A stretch of DNA of 56,899 bases, from NCBI GenBank assembly GCA_964540445.1, contig CAZIMF010000001.1, positions 1 to 56,899 on the forward strand, given 5' to 3'. The DNA comes from an uncultured Candidatus Saccharibacteria bacterium (lineage in GTDB: Bacteria > Patescibacteriota > Saccharimonadia > Saccharimonadales > 2-12-FULL-41-12). This document shows, one piece after another, positions 27,960 through 38,623 of the stretch. Within the stretch, counting starts at the first letter, position 1; every line of letters begins with the position of its first letter. Under the pieces are notes generated by a model, which made no database searches, had not been told where the DNA came from, and saw only the letters and a program-made list of their open reading frames with translations. A program made the translations under genes and the position numbers.

Positions 27960-28547
27960 ATGAATGCAGTTTTAGCTCTTAATAGCGGCAAAAATGAACG
28001 CGGTGAATTAACACGCGAAACAGCGAATCGTGTTAACGGTGCTATGCATTTCGCTATAGCTCAAGAGACAGACATAGTTGTAATGGTCGGCGGCGATGCG
28101 GATAGTATGTGCGACTATGCAACTGAACATTTTCCAGATGGACCGCGAGCAATCGCAGAGAATGGGTCAAAAGACACAGTTGAAGGTGCCCATTATGTAA
28201 AAATGGATGTTCTGAATCCAATGGGCATACGAAGAGTTGATGTATTTACCAATGATTTTCATGTTCCACGGACTAAATGGACATTCTTAAAAGTACTTGG
28301 TGATGACTTTGACACTACGGTTCATGGGATCGAGACTGACTACATTACAGCTAAGAAAATGCAACTCGTAAAACGGCGGGAACAGGCTCAACTTGCAATA
28401 GTAAAGCTTAAACTTATTGGCATTAGCCCAAATGATGATATGTGGCGAGAGCAACGACTGGCTCGTTTTCGTTTTAGAGGGGGAACGAGTATTATTGCGC
28501 GCCTACTTATGAAATTTGATAATGCAACAAATATAAATCGTGATTAG
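27960..28547 (+). CDS. DUF218 (YdcF/ElyC-like) domain protein
   Basis: IVVMVGGDA...VFTNDFHVPRTKW pattern. Confidence 0.6.
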   Translation: MNAVLALNSGKNERGELTRETANRVNGAMHFAIAQETDIVVMVGGDADSMCDYATEHFPDGPRAIAENGSKDTVEGAHYVKMDVLNPMGIRRVDVFTNDFHVPRTKWTFLKVLGDDFDTTVHGIETDYITAKKMQLVKRREQAQLAIVKLKLIGISPNDDMWREQRLARFRFRGGTSIIARLLMKFDNATNINRD

Positions 28548-28639
28548 ACTTATTATCTAACTAGCGCTCATTAACTGTCATCTGCACAATATGCTATCGT
28601 ATTAACATAACTAATTAAGTCGTTTAGGGGAGAATATCA

Positions 28640-29209
28640 ATGTTAGCACGAATTATTACAGAGACAACAGATGCAGTCGTAGCCGCCGTTCAAGGGGTTG
28701 ACGATATTTTAAGTGCCGTTACCGACACAGTGAAAGATCAAGCTGTTGGTGTTATTAAAGCCGGTGGCGAAGTTGGTGGTAGTACATTCGAATCTATTGC
28801 TTCAGTAGCTGACGGCGCTATAAAGGGCGCTGGGCAAATTGGTAGTTCAGTCAGCGATGTCGCTTTTAATACTATGGGCGGTATTGTAAAAGGTGTCAGC
28901 GAAGTTGGTGGTGACGTAATAGATGCTGTCCGTGCAAGTGCTGGTGGCATCGTAAAAGCCACAGCCGAAACCGGCGGTGACGTTGGTGGTGCAGCTGTGG
29001 CCGCAGTCGAAGGTGCCATTAAGGCAGCCGGTGATATTGGTGGCGACACTGCAGAAGCAGCTAAAGCAGCCGTTGGTGGTGCACTTGATGCCGCTACTGA
29101 CGTTGGCGGCGATGCTACGCAAACTGTTCGCAATGCACTATTATCTGCAGCAGCACTTCCTCGTGACCTTATCGAATCAGTTATTCGTGGTAGCGACGAA
29201 CAAAAATAG
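28640..29209 (+). CDS. Gly/Ala/Val-rich protein with six tandem 22-residue repeats
   Basis: Units such as AVGVIKAGGEVGGSTFESIASV / MGGIVKGVSEVGGDVIDAVRAS / EGAIKAAGDIGGDTAEAAKAAV; GGAG RBS upstream. Confidence 0.65.
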   Translation: MLARIITETTDAVVAAVQGVDDILSAVTDTVKDQAVGVIKAGGEVGGSTFESIASVADGAIKGAGQIGSSVSDVAFNTMGGIVKGVSEVGGDVIDAVRASAGGIVKATAETGGDVGGAAVAAVEGAIKAAGDIGGDTAEAAKAAVGGALDAATDVGGDATQTVRNALLSAAALPRDLIESVIRGSDEQK

Positions 29210-29276
29210 AATATATCTTCTGGATTAACCATACTAGCTGTTGCTTATGCAGCGCCTTTTAAGTGTATGCCTAGTT

Positions 29277-30416
29277 CTAAACTATAACTTTTGCGATTGT
29301 CGGGACTAACCGCTCGTCCATTACTGATGGAATAATTTCTTCCGGAGTTGGGCTATCAACTAGACTGGCGATAGCTTTGGCCGCTGCGATTTTATGATCG
29401 TCGGTTATAAACTGAACTCGATTATCAAGTGCGCCCCTAAAAATTCCAGGAAAAGCCACAGCGTTATTTACTTGGTTAGGGAAGTCACTTCGACCAGTTG
29501 CCACAACAGCTGCGCCGGCTTGGCGAGCTAAATCGGGCATAATTTCGGGCACGGGGTTAGCCATGGCAAAAATAATGGCATCTTTTTTCATTGTTTTTAT
29601 CATGTCAGCCGTTAAAACACCGGGCTGCGAGACACCAATAAAAATATCGGTATCAATTAACGCCTTGGCTAAATCGCCGCCATCTTCAGCAAAAATAATA
29701 TGATCTGCTATTAATTGCTGTTTTGTCGTATTAAGATCATTTCGCCCGCTCCAAACAATGCCTTTACTATCAACAGCTATGATGGTTACACCGGGAGCAT
29801 ATTTTTTTAGTAATTTCATAACTGCAACACCAGCTGCGCCAACACCGCTTACCGTTACTCTGCAGTCATTTAAGTCTTTGTTAACGATCGTAAGGGCATT
29901 GATGAGCCCAGCGAGTGTTACTACGGCCGTACCATGCTGATCGTCGTGAAACACAGGAATTGGCAGTTCAGCTTTAAGACGTTCTTCAACCTCAAAACAG
30001 ATAGGTGCTGCGATGTCTTCGAGGTTAATACCCCCAAATGAAGGTGCAATAGCCTTAACGGCTGCCACAATGTCGTCGGCTGAATGTACGTCAAGAATAA
30101 TCGGCACCGCATCAATCCCCGCAAAGTGCTTAAAGAGCATAGCTTTGCCTTCCATAACCGGCAACGAACCATACGGGCCAATATTACCCAGACCAAGAAC
30201 AGCAGAACCATCACTTATCACAGCAACACAGTTGTTAAGCCACGTGTAGTCACGAGCTTCTTCGGGGTGCTCAGCGACATAACTGCTTACCGCACCAACT
30301 CCCGGTGTGTAATAAATCGATAACTTGTCTTTTGTGTCTAGTTTATCTTTCAGCTCAACCGAGATTTTACCCCGTAGTTCTTTATGTTTTTCGAGTGCCT
30401 GTTTTTTATAATCCAT
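29277..30416 (-). CDS. NAD(P)-dependent malic enzyme (short bacterial type)
   Basis: LSIYYTPGVGAVS, FHDDQHGTAVV, VSGVGAAGVA. Confidence 0.92.
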   Translation of the reverse strand: MDYKKQALEKHKELRGKISVELKDKLDTKDKLSIYYTPGVGAVSSYVAEHPEEARDYTWLNNCVAVISDGSAVLGLGNIGPYGSLPVMEGKAMLFKHFAGIDAVPIILDVHSADDIVAAVKAIAPSFGGINLEDIAAPICFEVEERLKAELPIPVFHDDQHGTAVVTLAGLINALTIVNKDLNDCRVTVSGVGAAGVAVMKLLKKYAPGVTIIAVDSKGIVWSGRNDLNTTKQQLIADHIIFAEDGGDLAKALIDTDIFIGVSQPGVLTADMIKTMKKDAIIFAMANPVPEIMPDLARQAGAAVVATGRSDFPNQVNNAVAFPGIFRGALDNRVQFITDDHKIAAAKAIASLVDSPTPEEIIPSVMDERLVPTIAKVIV

Positions 30417-30490
30417 TCAGTTAGTTTAAAGCTAAACCGATGAGATGCATAATGCTATAGTTAATAGAGTATTTTAAATAGAGGTAGACT

Positions 30491-32104
30491 ATGCGTCCAA
30501 CTGATCAGCCTGTCTGGCAGCAATTAATTGACTATCAAAAGGACTTTAAAGGCCGTTCATTACGTGAACTGTTCGCCGAGGATCCCGATCGTGGCACACA
30601 CCTGAGCCTCAAGGCTGATGACATTTTTCTGGACTACTCAAAAAACTTAATTGATACTCAGTCATTAAAGCTGCTGTTTGAACTAGCCAGAGCTCAAAAC
30701 GTTGAAGCAAAACGAGACGCCATGTTTAGCGGACAGCGGATCAATACCACCGAAAATCGACCGGTATTACACACCGCACTGCGCAATTTATCCGGAGAAC
30801 CGGTAATTGTTGACGATACAAATGTCATGCCTAATATTTCGGGTGTACTGGTTCGAATGGCAGAACTCAGTAATGCAATTCGAAACGGCACATGGCTTGG
30901 ACACACTGACAAGCCGATCAAGAATATTATTAATATTGGCATCGGAGGCTCTGACTTAGGCCCGGTTATGGCCAGCGAAGCACTCAAATTTTATAGTAAC
31001 CGTGATTTAACTGTGCGCTTTGTCTCGAATATTGACGGCACCCACTTGGTAGAAGCCACCGTAGACCTTGACCCGGCAGAAACATTATTTATTATCGCCT
31101 CCAAAACATTTACCACTGACGAAACGATGACAAACGCAGTCTCTGCTCGTAATTGGCTACTAAACACGCTCCACGACGAAACAGCTATTGCCAAGCATTT
31201 TGTTGCCCTTTCTACCAACACGCAGGCTGTAACAGAATTCGGTATAAAACCCGAGAATATATTCGAGTTTTGGGATTGGGTAGGCGGCCGATATTCTATG
31301 ATGAGCGCCATTGGACTATCAGTTATGATTTCAATTGGAGCCGAAAACTTTAAAAACATGTTAAGCGGTTTTTATGTAATGGATCAACACTTTAAAACTG
31401 CGCCGCTAGAGCAAAATGCTCCCGTAATTTTGGCTCTACTTAGTGTTTGGTATAGCAACTTTTACGGCGCAGAGACAGAGGCAGTGCTGCCATACGAACA
31501 GTATCTGCATCGTTTACCGGCCTACTTGCAACAAGCAAGTATGGAGAGTAATGGTAAAAGTGTTGATCTGGATGGCAACCCAGTCAATTACACTACCGCG
31601 CCAATTACTTGGGGCGAACCAGGCACCAATGGTCAGCACGCATTTTATCAACTGATTCATCAAGGCACCCATATTATCCCCAGTGATTTTATTGGTTTTG
31701 CGAAATCCCTTAACACTATTGGCCAGCATCACACAAAGCTTATCGCTAATATGTTCGCTCAAACCGAAGCGCTAGCTTTTGGCAAAACAGCCGATGAGGT
31801 TCGAGCCGAAGGCATCCCTGAACCGCTTATAGCCCACAAGGTCTTTACGGGTAACAAGCCCAGTAACACACTACTGATGCCAATGCTCGATCCAAAAGCC
31901 CTTGGCCAACTAATAGCTTTATACGAACATAAAATATTTGTACAAGGCGCTTTATGGAATATTAATTCATTTGATCAATGGGGGGTTGAGCTCGGTAAAG
32001 TTTTGGCTAAAACAATTTTTACAGACTTACACGATAAAACTCAAATAGCTAATCATGATAGCTCAACCAAAAACTTAATGAATATGTACCAATCATGGCA
32101 GTAA
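30491..32104 (+). CDS. pgi: Glucose-6-phosphate isomerase
   Basis: [35 protein letters not shown] signatures. Confidence 0.95.
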   Translation: MRPTDQPVWQQLIDYQKDFKGRSLRELFAEDPDRGTHLSLKADDIFLDYSKNLIDTQSLKLLFELARAQNVEAKRDAMFSGQRINTTENRPVLHTALRNLSGEPVIVDDTNVMPNISGVLVRMAELSNAIRNGTWLGHTDKPIKNIINIGIGGSDLGPVMASEALKFYSNRDLTVRFVSNIDGTHLVEATVDLDPAETLFIIASKTFTTDETMTNAVSARNWLLNTLHDETAIAKHFVALSTNTQAVTEFGIKPENIFEFWDWVGGRYSMMSAIGLSVMISIGAENFKNMLSGFYVMDQHFKTAPLEQNAPVILALLSVWYSNFYGAETEAVLPYEQYLHRLPAYLQQASMESNGKSVDLDGNPVNYTTAPITWGEPGTNGQHAFYQLIHQGTHIIPSDFIGFAKSLNTIGQHHTKLIANMFAQTEALAFGKTADEVRAEGIPEPLIAHKVFTGNKPSNTLLMPMLDPKALGQLIALYEHKIFVQGALWNINSFDQWGVELGKVLAKTIFTDLHDKTQIANHDSSTKNLMNMYQSWQ

Positions 32105-33243
32105 AGAAAAAGAAAATTCAATCAAAAAATAATCTACGAAAACCCACGGGTGCCTCGCTATATCTACTAATTTTTAGTCTTATTATAGTTACGGGTGGCG
32201 CGTTATTATACTCTTCGCTTAGTAAGCCTGTTCAAACGCCAACCTTACCGCAACCGGCCTTAAAAGAACTGGCGAATCGGAAGGGCATCGATATAGGTAA
32301 CTTTGCAATCCCAAATCGTATTGACGAAAAACCATATCACGATATTTTGACACAGCAGTTTAATGTCGCACTGCTAGACAATACCCCCAACTGGCATTTT
32401 TCTGATTACGATTTGCGGCCTTCGCCAACTGAATTTGATTTTAGTAAAATTGATGCGCTCGTTGAGTACGGCCAGGCGAACCATATGAAAATGCAAGCCC
32501 ACCACTATGTATGGGGTGAGCAAAAATGGCTGCCAGACTGGTTAAAAAACGGAGACTTTAGCAGTCAACAACTACTTGATATTATTCACAATCATATCAA
32601 TACCGTCGGCAAACGCTACAGCGGCAAAATTCAGGAATGGACTGTTGTAAATGAGGCGTTTACACGCCAGCAACACTTTTTTGATTTGCATGATTGGTGG
32701 GCAGATAATATTAATGATCAACAAGCATACTTAGACAATTCATTTATCTGGGCCAGGCAAGCCGATCCTAAATCTGTACTAATACTCAATGATTTTAACA
32801 ATGAGAGCATCAATGACACCTCAAATGCCATGTATGACTACATAAAAGGAGCTAAGGCACGCGGTGTTCCAATTGATGCTATTGGAATGCAGATGCATAT
32901 TGACGGTGGTCATCCACCAACGAAAGATGAAGTTATTTCAAATATGAAACGCTTTGCTGCATTAGGCGTTAAGGTTTATGTAACTGAATTTGACGTTAAT
33001 ATGAATGATCTAAAAACAGATGCAAAGGCAAAAAATGAGGTGGAGGCAAATATTTACTACGAAATGATGCGAGCCTGCGTTGAGTCACAAGTATGCCAAA
33101 GCTTTTCAGTACTCGGCATCACCGATAAAGAGACATGGTACAACCACATTGGCTTAGCTGATCCGCGACCATTGCCATTTGATGAGCAATACCGTCCTAA
33201 GCCAGCTTTTTACTCGCTCCGCTGGGCGTTAGAACAGGAATAA
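32095..33243 (+). CDS. Membrane-anchored glycoside hydrolase family 10 (endo-1,4-beta-xylanase-like)
   Basis: N-terminal TM helix, WTVVNEAF (acid/base Glu), VYVTEFDV (nucleophile Glu). Confidence 0.85.
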   Translation: MAVKKKKIQSKNNLRKPTGASLYLLIFSLIIVTGGALLYSSLSKPVQTPTLPQPALKELANRKGIDIGNFAIPNRIDEKPYHDILTQQFNVALLDNTPNWHFSDYDLRPSPTEFDFSKIDALVEYGQANHMKMQAHHYVWGEQKWLPDWLKNGDFSSQQLLDIIHNHINTVGKRYSGKIQEWTVVNEAFTRQQHFFDLHDWWADNINDQQAYLDNSFIWARQADPKSVLILNDFNNESINDTSNAMYDYIKGAKARGVPIDAIGMQMHIDGGHPPTKDEVISNMKRFAALGVKVYVTEFDVNMNDLKTDAKAKNEVEANIYYEMMRACVESQVCQSFSVLGITDKETWYNHIGLADPRPLPFDEQYRPKPAFYSLRWALEQE

Positions 33244-33924
33244 ATGATATACTCTACAGCAATGAAGTTTGTCCATGCATCCTCTGAAGTAGCGATTTCT
33301 AAAATTGCAAGAGCAGTGAATAAAGCACTGGATAGTGGTTCGGTTTTATTGCTTGTTTCTGGTGGATCAAACATCAACCTAGCAGTAGAGATCCGCCACA
33401 AACTAGCACTAAACAATCAACTAACAGTTGGATTAATCGATGAACGCTATGGACCAGTTGGCCACCCTGATTCTAACTGGACACAGCTAATGAAGGCAGG
33501 TTTTAACACCCAAGATGTAAATTTGCTGCCTGTCATGCACGACGAACGATCGCAAGAGGCAGCCACTGCTGATTATCGTGACCGGCTGCAAGCTGCGGTA
33601 AATGAGTGCACGCTCGTTATTGGTATCTTTGGTATCGGTACGGATGGTCATACATCCGGAATCTTACCCGGGAGCCCAGCAATTGACTCCAGCGATACGG
33701 TAACTCATTTTATTGGTCCCGACTTCCCAAGAATCACGACAACACCTCTATTTATGCCAAGCGTCAATCAGGCTTTCTTGGTCAGTTACGGTGAAGCAAA
33801 ACATCAGCAATTAGCTCGCCTGCGCCATGAACTTCCGGTTAGTGAGCAACCAGCTCAAACACTCAAACAAATTAGCGATTTGACTATATTTAGTGATTAC
33901 GACGAGGGGCTAAGTCATGAGTGA
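33244..33924 (+). CDS. pgl: 6-phosphogluconolactonase
   Basis: LLVSGGS, GIGTDGHTSGILPGSP; sits between pgi and zwf. Confidence 0.85.
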   Translation: MIYSTAMKFVHASSEVAISKIARAVNKALDSGSVLLLVSGGSNINLAVEIRHKLALNNQLTVGLIDERYGPVGHPDSNWTQLMKAGFNTQDVNLLPVMHDERSQEAATADYRDRLQAAVNECTLVIGIFGIGTDGHTSGILPGSPAIDSSDTVTHFIGPDFPRITTTPLFMPSVNQAFLVSYGEAKHQQLARLRHELPVSEQPAQTLKQISDLTIFSDYDEGLSHE

Positions 33925-35368
33925 ACTAGTAGAGAAACCTCTTTTGAATGATGGGATTTTTGTTATTTTTGGTATTACCGGTGATCTAGCAAAACGAAAA
34001 TTATTGCCAGCCCTATATGAACTAGTTGACCTTGGGTTGCTGAGTGAGCGATTTCGAATTGTAGGCACCACTCGAAGAGAAACTGACGTAGAAGATGTTA
34101 TTTCGTTCATCCGCGCAGCCGTCGATGATGTCAATGAGGAAACACTAAATAAAATTCGCAGTATTGTACGCATGGTGTATATGGATATTGGCAAAAAAGA
34201 AGATTACGAATTGCTAAAGCAAAAACTGGATGAAGTAGAGGATGAAGTCGGCATATGCCTTAACCGATTATTTTATATGGCGGTGCCTCCGCAAATGTTT
34301 GAACCGGTAGTTCGTGGTCTTAGCGGTTATGAACTAAATCATGGCTGTCAACATGGTCACGCTGAAAGTCGCCTACTCATAGAAAAGCCGTTCGGTAACG
34401 ATACTGCATCAGCGCTAGCGTTAATTCAACATGTGGAGAAAGTATTTAACGAAGATTCCATATACCGCGTTGACCATTATCTAGCAAAAGAGACAGCTCA
34501 GAATATTTTAACTTTTAGGTTACATAATCCAATCTTTCGGGCGGTATGGGATCGTAAATCAATCGATCATATTCTTATTACGGCCAGCGAAAAAATAGGT
34601 ATCGAAGGCCGGGCTAACTTCTATGAGGGCATTGGCGCGTTGCGTGATTTAATCCAGAGTCATCTTTTGCAGCTACTAGCATTAACAACTATGGAAGAAC
34701 CTGTTACTAACTCTGCTGAGGCAATTCATGCTTCAAAGCTGGCATTACTGCATGCGATACAGCCAATTCAACCAGATGAGATAGATCAAAACACGGTTCG
34801 TGGCCAATATGATACGTATCGCAGCGAGGTAAACAACCCGAATTCAATTACTGAAACGTATGCTGCGGTTAGACTCTCGATCGACAACGACCGTTGGCGT
34901 GATGTACCAATTTTATTACGAACAGGTAAGGCGTTGGCCGAAAAAGTAACTGAGATTACTCTTGTTTTTAAAACGCGAGCTGGCCAATCTGACGACCGCA
35001 ATATGCTAACTATTCGCATCCAGCCAAACGAAGGCATTGTTCTAAGTTTTTTGGCTAAGAAGCCATCCCTTGCTAATGAAACTGAGACTGTGCAGATGGA
35101 ATTCTGCTATAACAGTTCATTTTCAGGCAAACAACCCGACGCCTATGAGCGTGTTTTGGTTGATGCAATCAGAGGCGATAAAACGTTATTCACAACTGAT
35201 AAAGAAGTACTTGCATCATGGAAAATTATTGAATCAATACTACAAGCATGGTCAACCAACGGGGATTCATTGATACGCTATGCGCCCAGCTCGTGGGGTC
35301 CACTCGAGGCAGATGAATTAGCCGCAAAAGCTGGAGCAAGCTGGTTAACCGGTCAATTACAAATTTAA
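33917..35368 (+). CDS. zwf: Glucose-6-phosphate 1-dehydrogenase
   Basis: FGITGDLAKRKLLPALY, RVDHYLAKE, IRIQPNEGI. Confidence 0.95.
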   Translation: MSELVEKPLLNDGIFVIFGITGDLAKRKLLPALYELVDLGLLSERFRIVGTTRRETDVEDVISFIRAAVDDVNEETLNKIRSIVRMVYMDIGKKEDYELLKQKLDEVEDEVGICLNRLFYMAVPPQMFEPVVRGLSGYELNHGCQHGHAESRLLIEKPFGNDTASALALIQHVEKVFNEDSIYRVDHYLAKETAQNILTFRLHNPIFRAVWDRKSIDHILITASEKIGIEGRANFYEGIGALRDLIQSHLLQLLALTTMEEPVTNSAEAIHASKLALLHAIQPIQPDEIDQNTVRGQYDTYRSEVNNPNSITETYAAVRLSIDNDRWRDVPILLRTGKALAEKVTEITLVFKTRAGQSDDRNMLTIRIQPNEGIVLSFLAKKPSLANETETVQMEFCYNSSFSGKQPDAYERVLVDAIRGDKTLFTTDKEVLASWKIIESILQAWSTNGDSLIRYAPSSWGPLEADELAAKAGASWLTGQLQI

Positions 35369-35473
35369 TCCGTTCAAACTAAGTTAAAAACCGTAGTTCA
35401 GCGTGCTGCAACATATTTAACAGTAATTGCTTACTTCTTTGCGTATAGTTATTTATACCCAAGGAGCGTATTG

Positions 35474-35959
35474 ATGGCAGATAATGATAAAACCACCGGC
35501 GTTCATCCTGCACGTGAACATTCAGTTGAAGAAATTAAAGAAGCAAAGGCAGAGTTACGTCAGGCAATACATGGATCGTATGAAGTATTAGCCACAGCAA
35601 CGACAGTTTTCCCGTTCACTATCTTTCCCGATACAGTTACCGTCGATCGCGCAAAGTTAACTATTGCTCACCGCAGTTTTTTTAGAGTCGCAGAGCTTAT
35701 GAGTATACGGATAGAAGACATTCTAAATGTTACAGCGAACGTTGGGCCAGTTTTTGGATCATTACACATTGTTAGCCGGGTGCTTAACAGCGATAAACCC
35801 TATGAAATTAAATTTTTATGGCGAGACGATACCTTAAAATTAAAACGGATATTGCAAGGGTACATTATTGCGATTCAAAAAGAAATAGACTGTTCGCCAT
35901 TAAAAACAAAAGAGCTGGCTGACATGCTTAACGAACTTGGAAAAGATGACCATGGATAA
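35474..35959 (+). CDS. Hypothetical protein, possibly a bacterial PH-like domain
   Basis: ATG 7 nt after AAGGAG. The segment TVDRAKLTIAHRSFFRVAELMSIRIEDI resembles bPH/YdbT-type domains (weak). Confidence 0.5.
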   Translation: MADNDKTTGVHPAREHSVEEIKEAKAELRQAIHGSYEVLATATTVFPFTIFPDTVTVDRAKLTIAHRSFFRVAELMSIRIEDILNVTANVGPVFGSLHIVSRVLNSDKPYEIKFLWRDDTLKLKRILQGYIIAIQKEIDCSPLKTKELADMLNELGKDDHG

Positions 35960-35998
35960 GGGGTTGTATTTTTAACATTGTTTATGTAAACTTCGCAT

Positions 35999-36562
35999 AT
36001 GACAGACGTTAACTCTTTTGTAGAGTACTACAATAACGTACAACGTCTACTTTTGCGTTCAAAAACCGAAGCCGAACTACATAAACTAATTGTTGATGCT
36101 CCATTTCACAATAAATTGCATACAACTTCACTTGATCTAGGGATGATTGTATTCGTACTAGTTAACCCCGATAGTCAGTTAATCGAACGCCAATCGTATT
36201 CAAACACTCAGCCGGCAATTGATGCCGTAAGGGCTTCTCCAAAAAAATTTAGAGAGATTAAAATTCAACTTAAAAATAATGAAAATATTACGGCAAAAGC
36301 AATCAGGAATGGGAAATCATATAAAACATCTGACTGGCATTATCTATTTACACCCTCACTTAGCCCTGAAGCTGCTCGATTTAACCAAGCTGAGGCCGGC
36401 ATTGGGTGCAGCTATGTCTACCCGTTAGTGGGAGCACGAAAAAAGGGCGCCCTAATATATAGTTTTTATCAAACGATTGACATGATACATGCCGATCATC
36501 ACGCGTTTATGGAGAGTTACGCTAACTTTGTAGCTAATCAACTTAATACGACTCTGAAGTAG
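35999..36562 (+). CDS. Hypothetical protein (187 aa), GAF-like at best
   Basis: Clean ORF; no firm motif. Confidence 0.5.
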   Translation: MTDVNSFVEYYNNVQRLLLRSKTEAELHKLIVDAPFHNKLHTTSLDLGMIVFVLVNPDSQLIERQSYSNTQPAIDAVRASPKKFREIKIQLKNNENITAKAIRNGKSYKTSDWHYLFTPSLSPEAARFNQAEAGIGCSYVYPLVGARKKGALIYSFYQTIDMIHADHHAFMESYANFVANQLNTTLK

Positions 36563-36603
36563 AAATACATTATTAAATTGCTAAAACAGCTATAATAATT
36601 ATA

Positions 36604-37644
36604 ATGTCTAAGTTTTTATACCGAAATGTCAGAGGCCGCGATTTACTCGACTCGTTTTTAATTAGCGCTATCTCAAGCTTACTGCTACTTCGTTTTTACT
36701 TGTACCTGACCGGATACCCACAATTGGGTGGTGGGCCGCTCCACATTGCTCACATGCTTTATGGCGGAGTTTTAATGATGATAGCCCTGGTAGTATCGTT
36801 TATTTTTATGGGTATCCGCTCGAGGCAAATTAGCGCCATTGTAGGCGGTGTCGGTTTTGGAATATTTATTGATGAGCTTGGAAAGTTTATTACTGAGGAC
36901 AACAATTACTTCTTTCGACCGGCTGTAGGCATTATCTATGCTGTTTTCGTGTTACTTTATCTTTTATTTAGCCTGCTGACCCGAACCCAACACCTCTCAT
37001 CCCGGGAATACCAAATTAATGCCTTAGCAGAGCTTGAGGAGGCAGTCGCCCAAGACTTAGACAGCTCTGAGCGCGCACATATTTACCGACTACTTGATGC
37101 TAGCAAGAAGGACAGCGCTATGACCCGGCATCTGCGTGAATTTGTTGATACTATGCGAATTACAGCCGACGTAAAACCAAGCCGAGTTCGACTACTTATT
37201 CGCAAAGTAGACGACATCTATATGCGGTTTTGGCAAAAGCGGGGTTCAAATATACTTGTTCGGTTAGTATTTATAGCTCAGGCCACAGTTTTGGTTGCAG
37301 CTGTCATGTTTACTGTCTATAACAACATCGATGACATAACGGCAGTCCTAAGCGGCTCTCTTACTTACGGCAGGGAATTAATTGTTGCCCAAGTTATGGC
37401 TTCGATAGTTGCCGGTGGCTTTGTTCTGTATGGCTTATCAAAATTAACTTCTTCGCGGTATGATGCATTTGAGCAATTTAGACGAGCGACCTTGATTAAC
37501 ATTTACATGATTCAGCTCTTTATTTTTGTCAGAATTCAGTTCCAAGCGCTGCCTGGATTTGTTGCCAGCGTAGTACTACTCATCTTAATCATGTTCGTAT
37601 TACGTCAAGAAAGAAGATTAGGTCGGGCAAGTGATATCAGTTAG
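36604..37644 (+). CDS. Hypothetical polytopic membrane protein
   Basis: N- and C-terminal clusters of TM helices around a charged soluble insert. Confidence 0.6.
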   Translation: MSKFLYRNVRGRDLLDSFLISAISSLLLLRFYLYLTGYPQLGGGPLHIAHMLYGGVLMMIALVVSFIFMGIRSRQISAIVGGVGFGIFIDELGKFITEDNNYFFRPAVGIIYAVFVLLYLLFSLLTRTQHLSSREYQINALAELEEAVAQDLDSSERAHIYRLLDASKKDSAMTRHLREFVDTMRITADVKPSRVRLLIRKVDDIYMRFWQKRGSNILVRLVFIAQATVLVAAVMFTVYNNIDDITAVLSGSLTYGRELIVAQVMASIVAGGFVLYGLSKLTSSRYDAFEQFRRATLINIYMIQLFIFVRIQFQALPGFVASVVLLILIMFVLRQERRLGRASDIS

Positions 37645-38020
37645 TGACACTCAGTTCGATAAAATGATATCGGAGGCGCTCGATAGTCTTTCGGCCGATC
37701 AGGTTAAGGGGCTTAAAAATATTGCGATTACCTACGCGGATGAGCCGACAGCCGAGCAGCGCATTAAGCTAAAACTTCGGTCCTTTCAAACACTCTATGG
37801 CCTCTACGAAGGGACACCGCTAACTAGCCGTCCGGCTGCCGACAGCATTCTAAATAGCAGTGCAATGCGTTTACCAGACAAAATTACTATTTTTAAACTT
37901 CCAATTACCCAGAATGCTCAAACACTTGATGAGGTCAAAGAGCAAGTACGACACACGCTATGGCATGAAATTGCCCATTACTATGGTCTTGACCATAACC
38001 GTATCCACGGGCTTGAGTAG
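37631..38020 (+). CDS. Small zincin-like metallopeptidase family protein (DUF1025 type)
   Basis: C-terminal LWHEIAHYYGLD (HExxH), family-typical size; GTG start overlaps the upstream gene by 14 nt. Confidence 0.7.
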   Translation: MISVSDTQFDKMISEALDSLSADQVKGLKNIAITYADEPTAEQRIKLKLRSFQTLYGLYEGTPLTSRPAADSILNSSAMRLPDKITIFKLPITQNAQTLDEVKEQVRHTLWHEIAHYYGLDHNRIHGLE

Positions 38021-38067
38021 TAATTGACGTTACTTAACTGCTTATGCTTTAATGCCAACAGTTCATT

Positions 38068-38622
38068 ATGAAACAAAAACACCCGCACTGGCTTAAAAAC
38101 AGCCTTGTCCGCGTTGCTAAGATGCAGCTCGCTTTAGTGATTTTGTATATCGCCCAGATTATTGCTTTCGACTCGTCAAAGCTAATAACTCCTGAGGTTT
38201 TATTGTGGCGTTGGTATGCAGTTGCTGGGGTTGCAGTTGTATCTGTCGTAGTATTATATCTGGCACGGAGCAAAATCACCCACCCCGATCATTATAAAAT
38301 ACTTACTTGGTTGTTGATTGTGGCAGACATTGCCTTTGCGGCATTTAACGTATATACCCAGCGAGGTATGGCCAGTCGATCAGTCGCCCTATTCTTTATA
38401 CCAATTATCATTTCTGCAATTCTACTCAGTAGGGTAGCGCTATTTACTACCGCTACTTTATGCGTTATTGCATATACTACTGCCGCCGTGGCGTATTTTG
38501 TTAATTACTTTAACGAGGGGTATAAGATTGAACTTTACGGAGAAGTATTTTTCTATTGTGGCTTATTCTTTATTGCCGCTGGCATACTCTGGGCAGCTTT
38601 TAAAACTAAACGTCATAGTTAG
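38068..38622 (+). CDS. Hypothetical membrane protein (about 5 TM helices)
   Basis: Hydrophobic periodicity only. Confidence 0.55.
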   Translation: MKQKHPHWLKNSLVRVAKMQLALVILYIAQIIAFDSSKLITPEVLLWRWYAVAGVAVVSVVVLYLARSKITHPDHYKILTWLLIVADIAFAAFNVYTQRGMASRSVALFFIPIIISAILLSRVALFTTATLCVIAYTTAAVAYFVNYFNEGYKIELYGEVFFYCGLFFIAAGILWAAFKTKRHS

Positions 38623-38623
38623 T

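Noticed and set aside
28738-29232. 164-aa minus-strand ORF (and 91-aa and 83-aa ORFs) antisense to the Gly/Ala repeat gene
   Set aside because: It is Pro/Ser/Thr/Ala-rich low-complexity sequence, a mirror product of GGT/GCN-rich repeats, with no start context. The plus-strand ORF has an RBS and coherent repeats.
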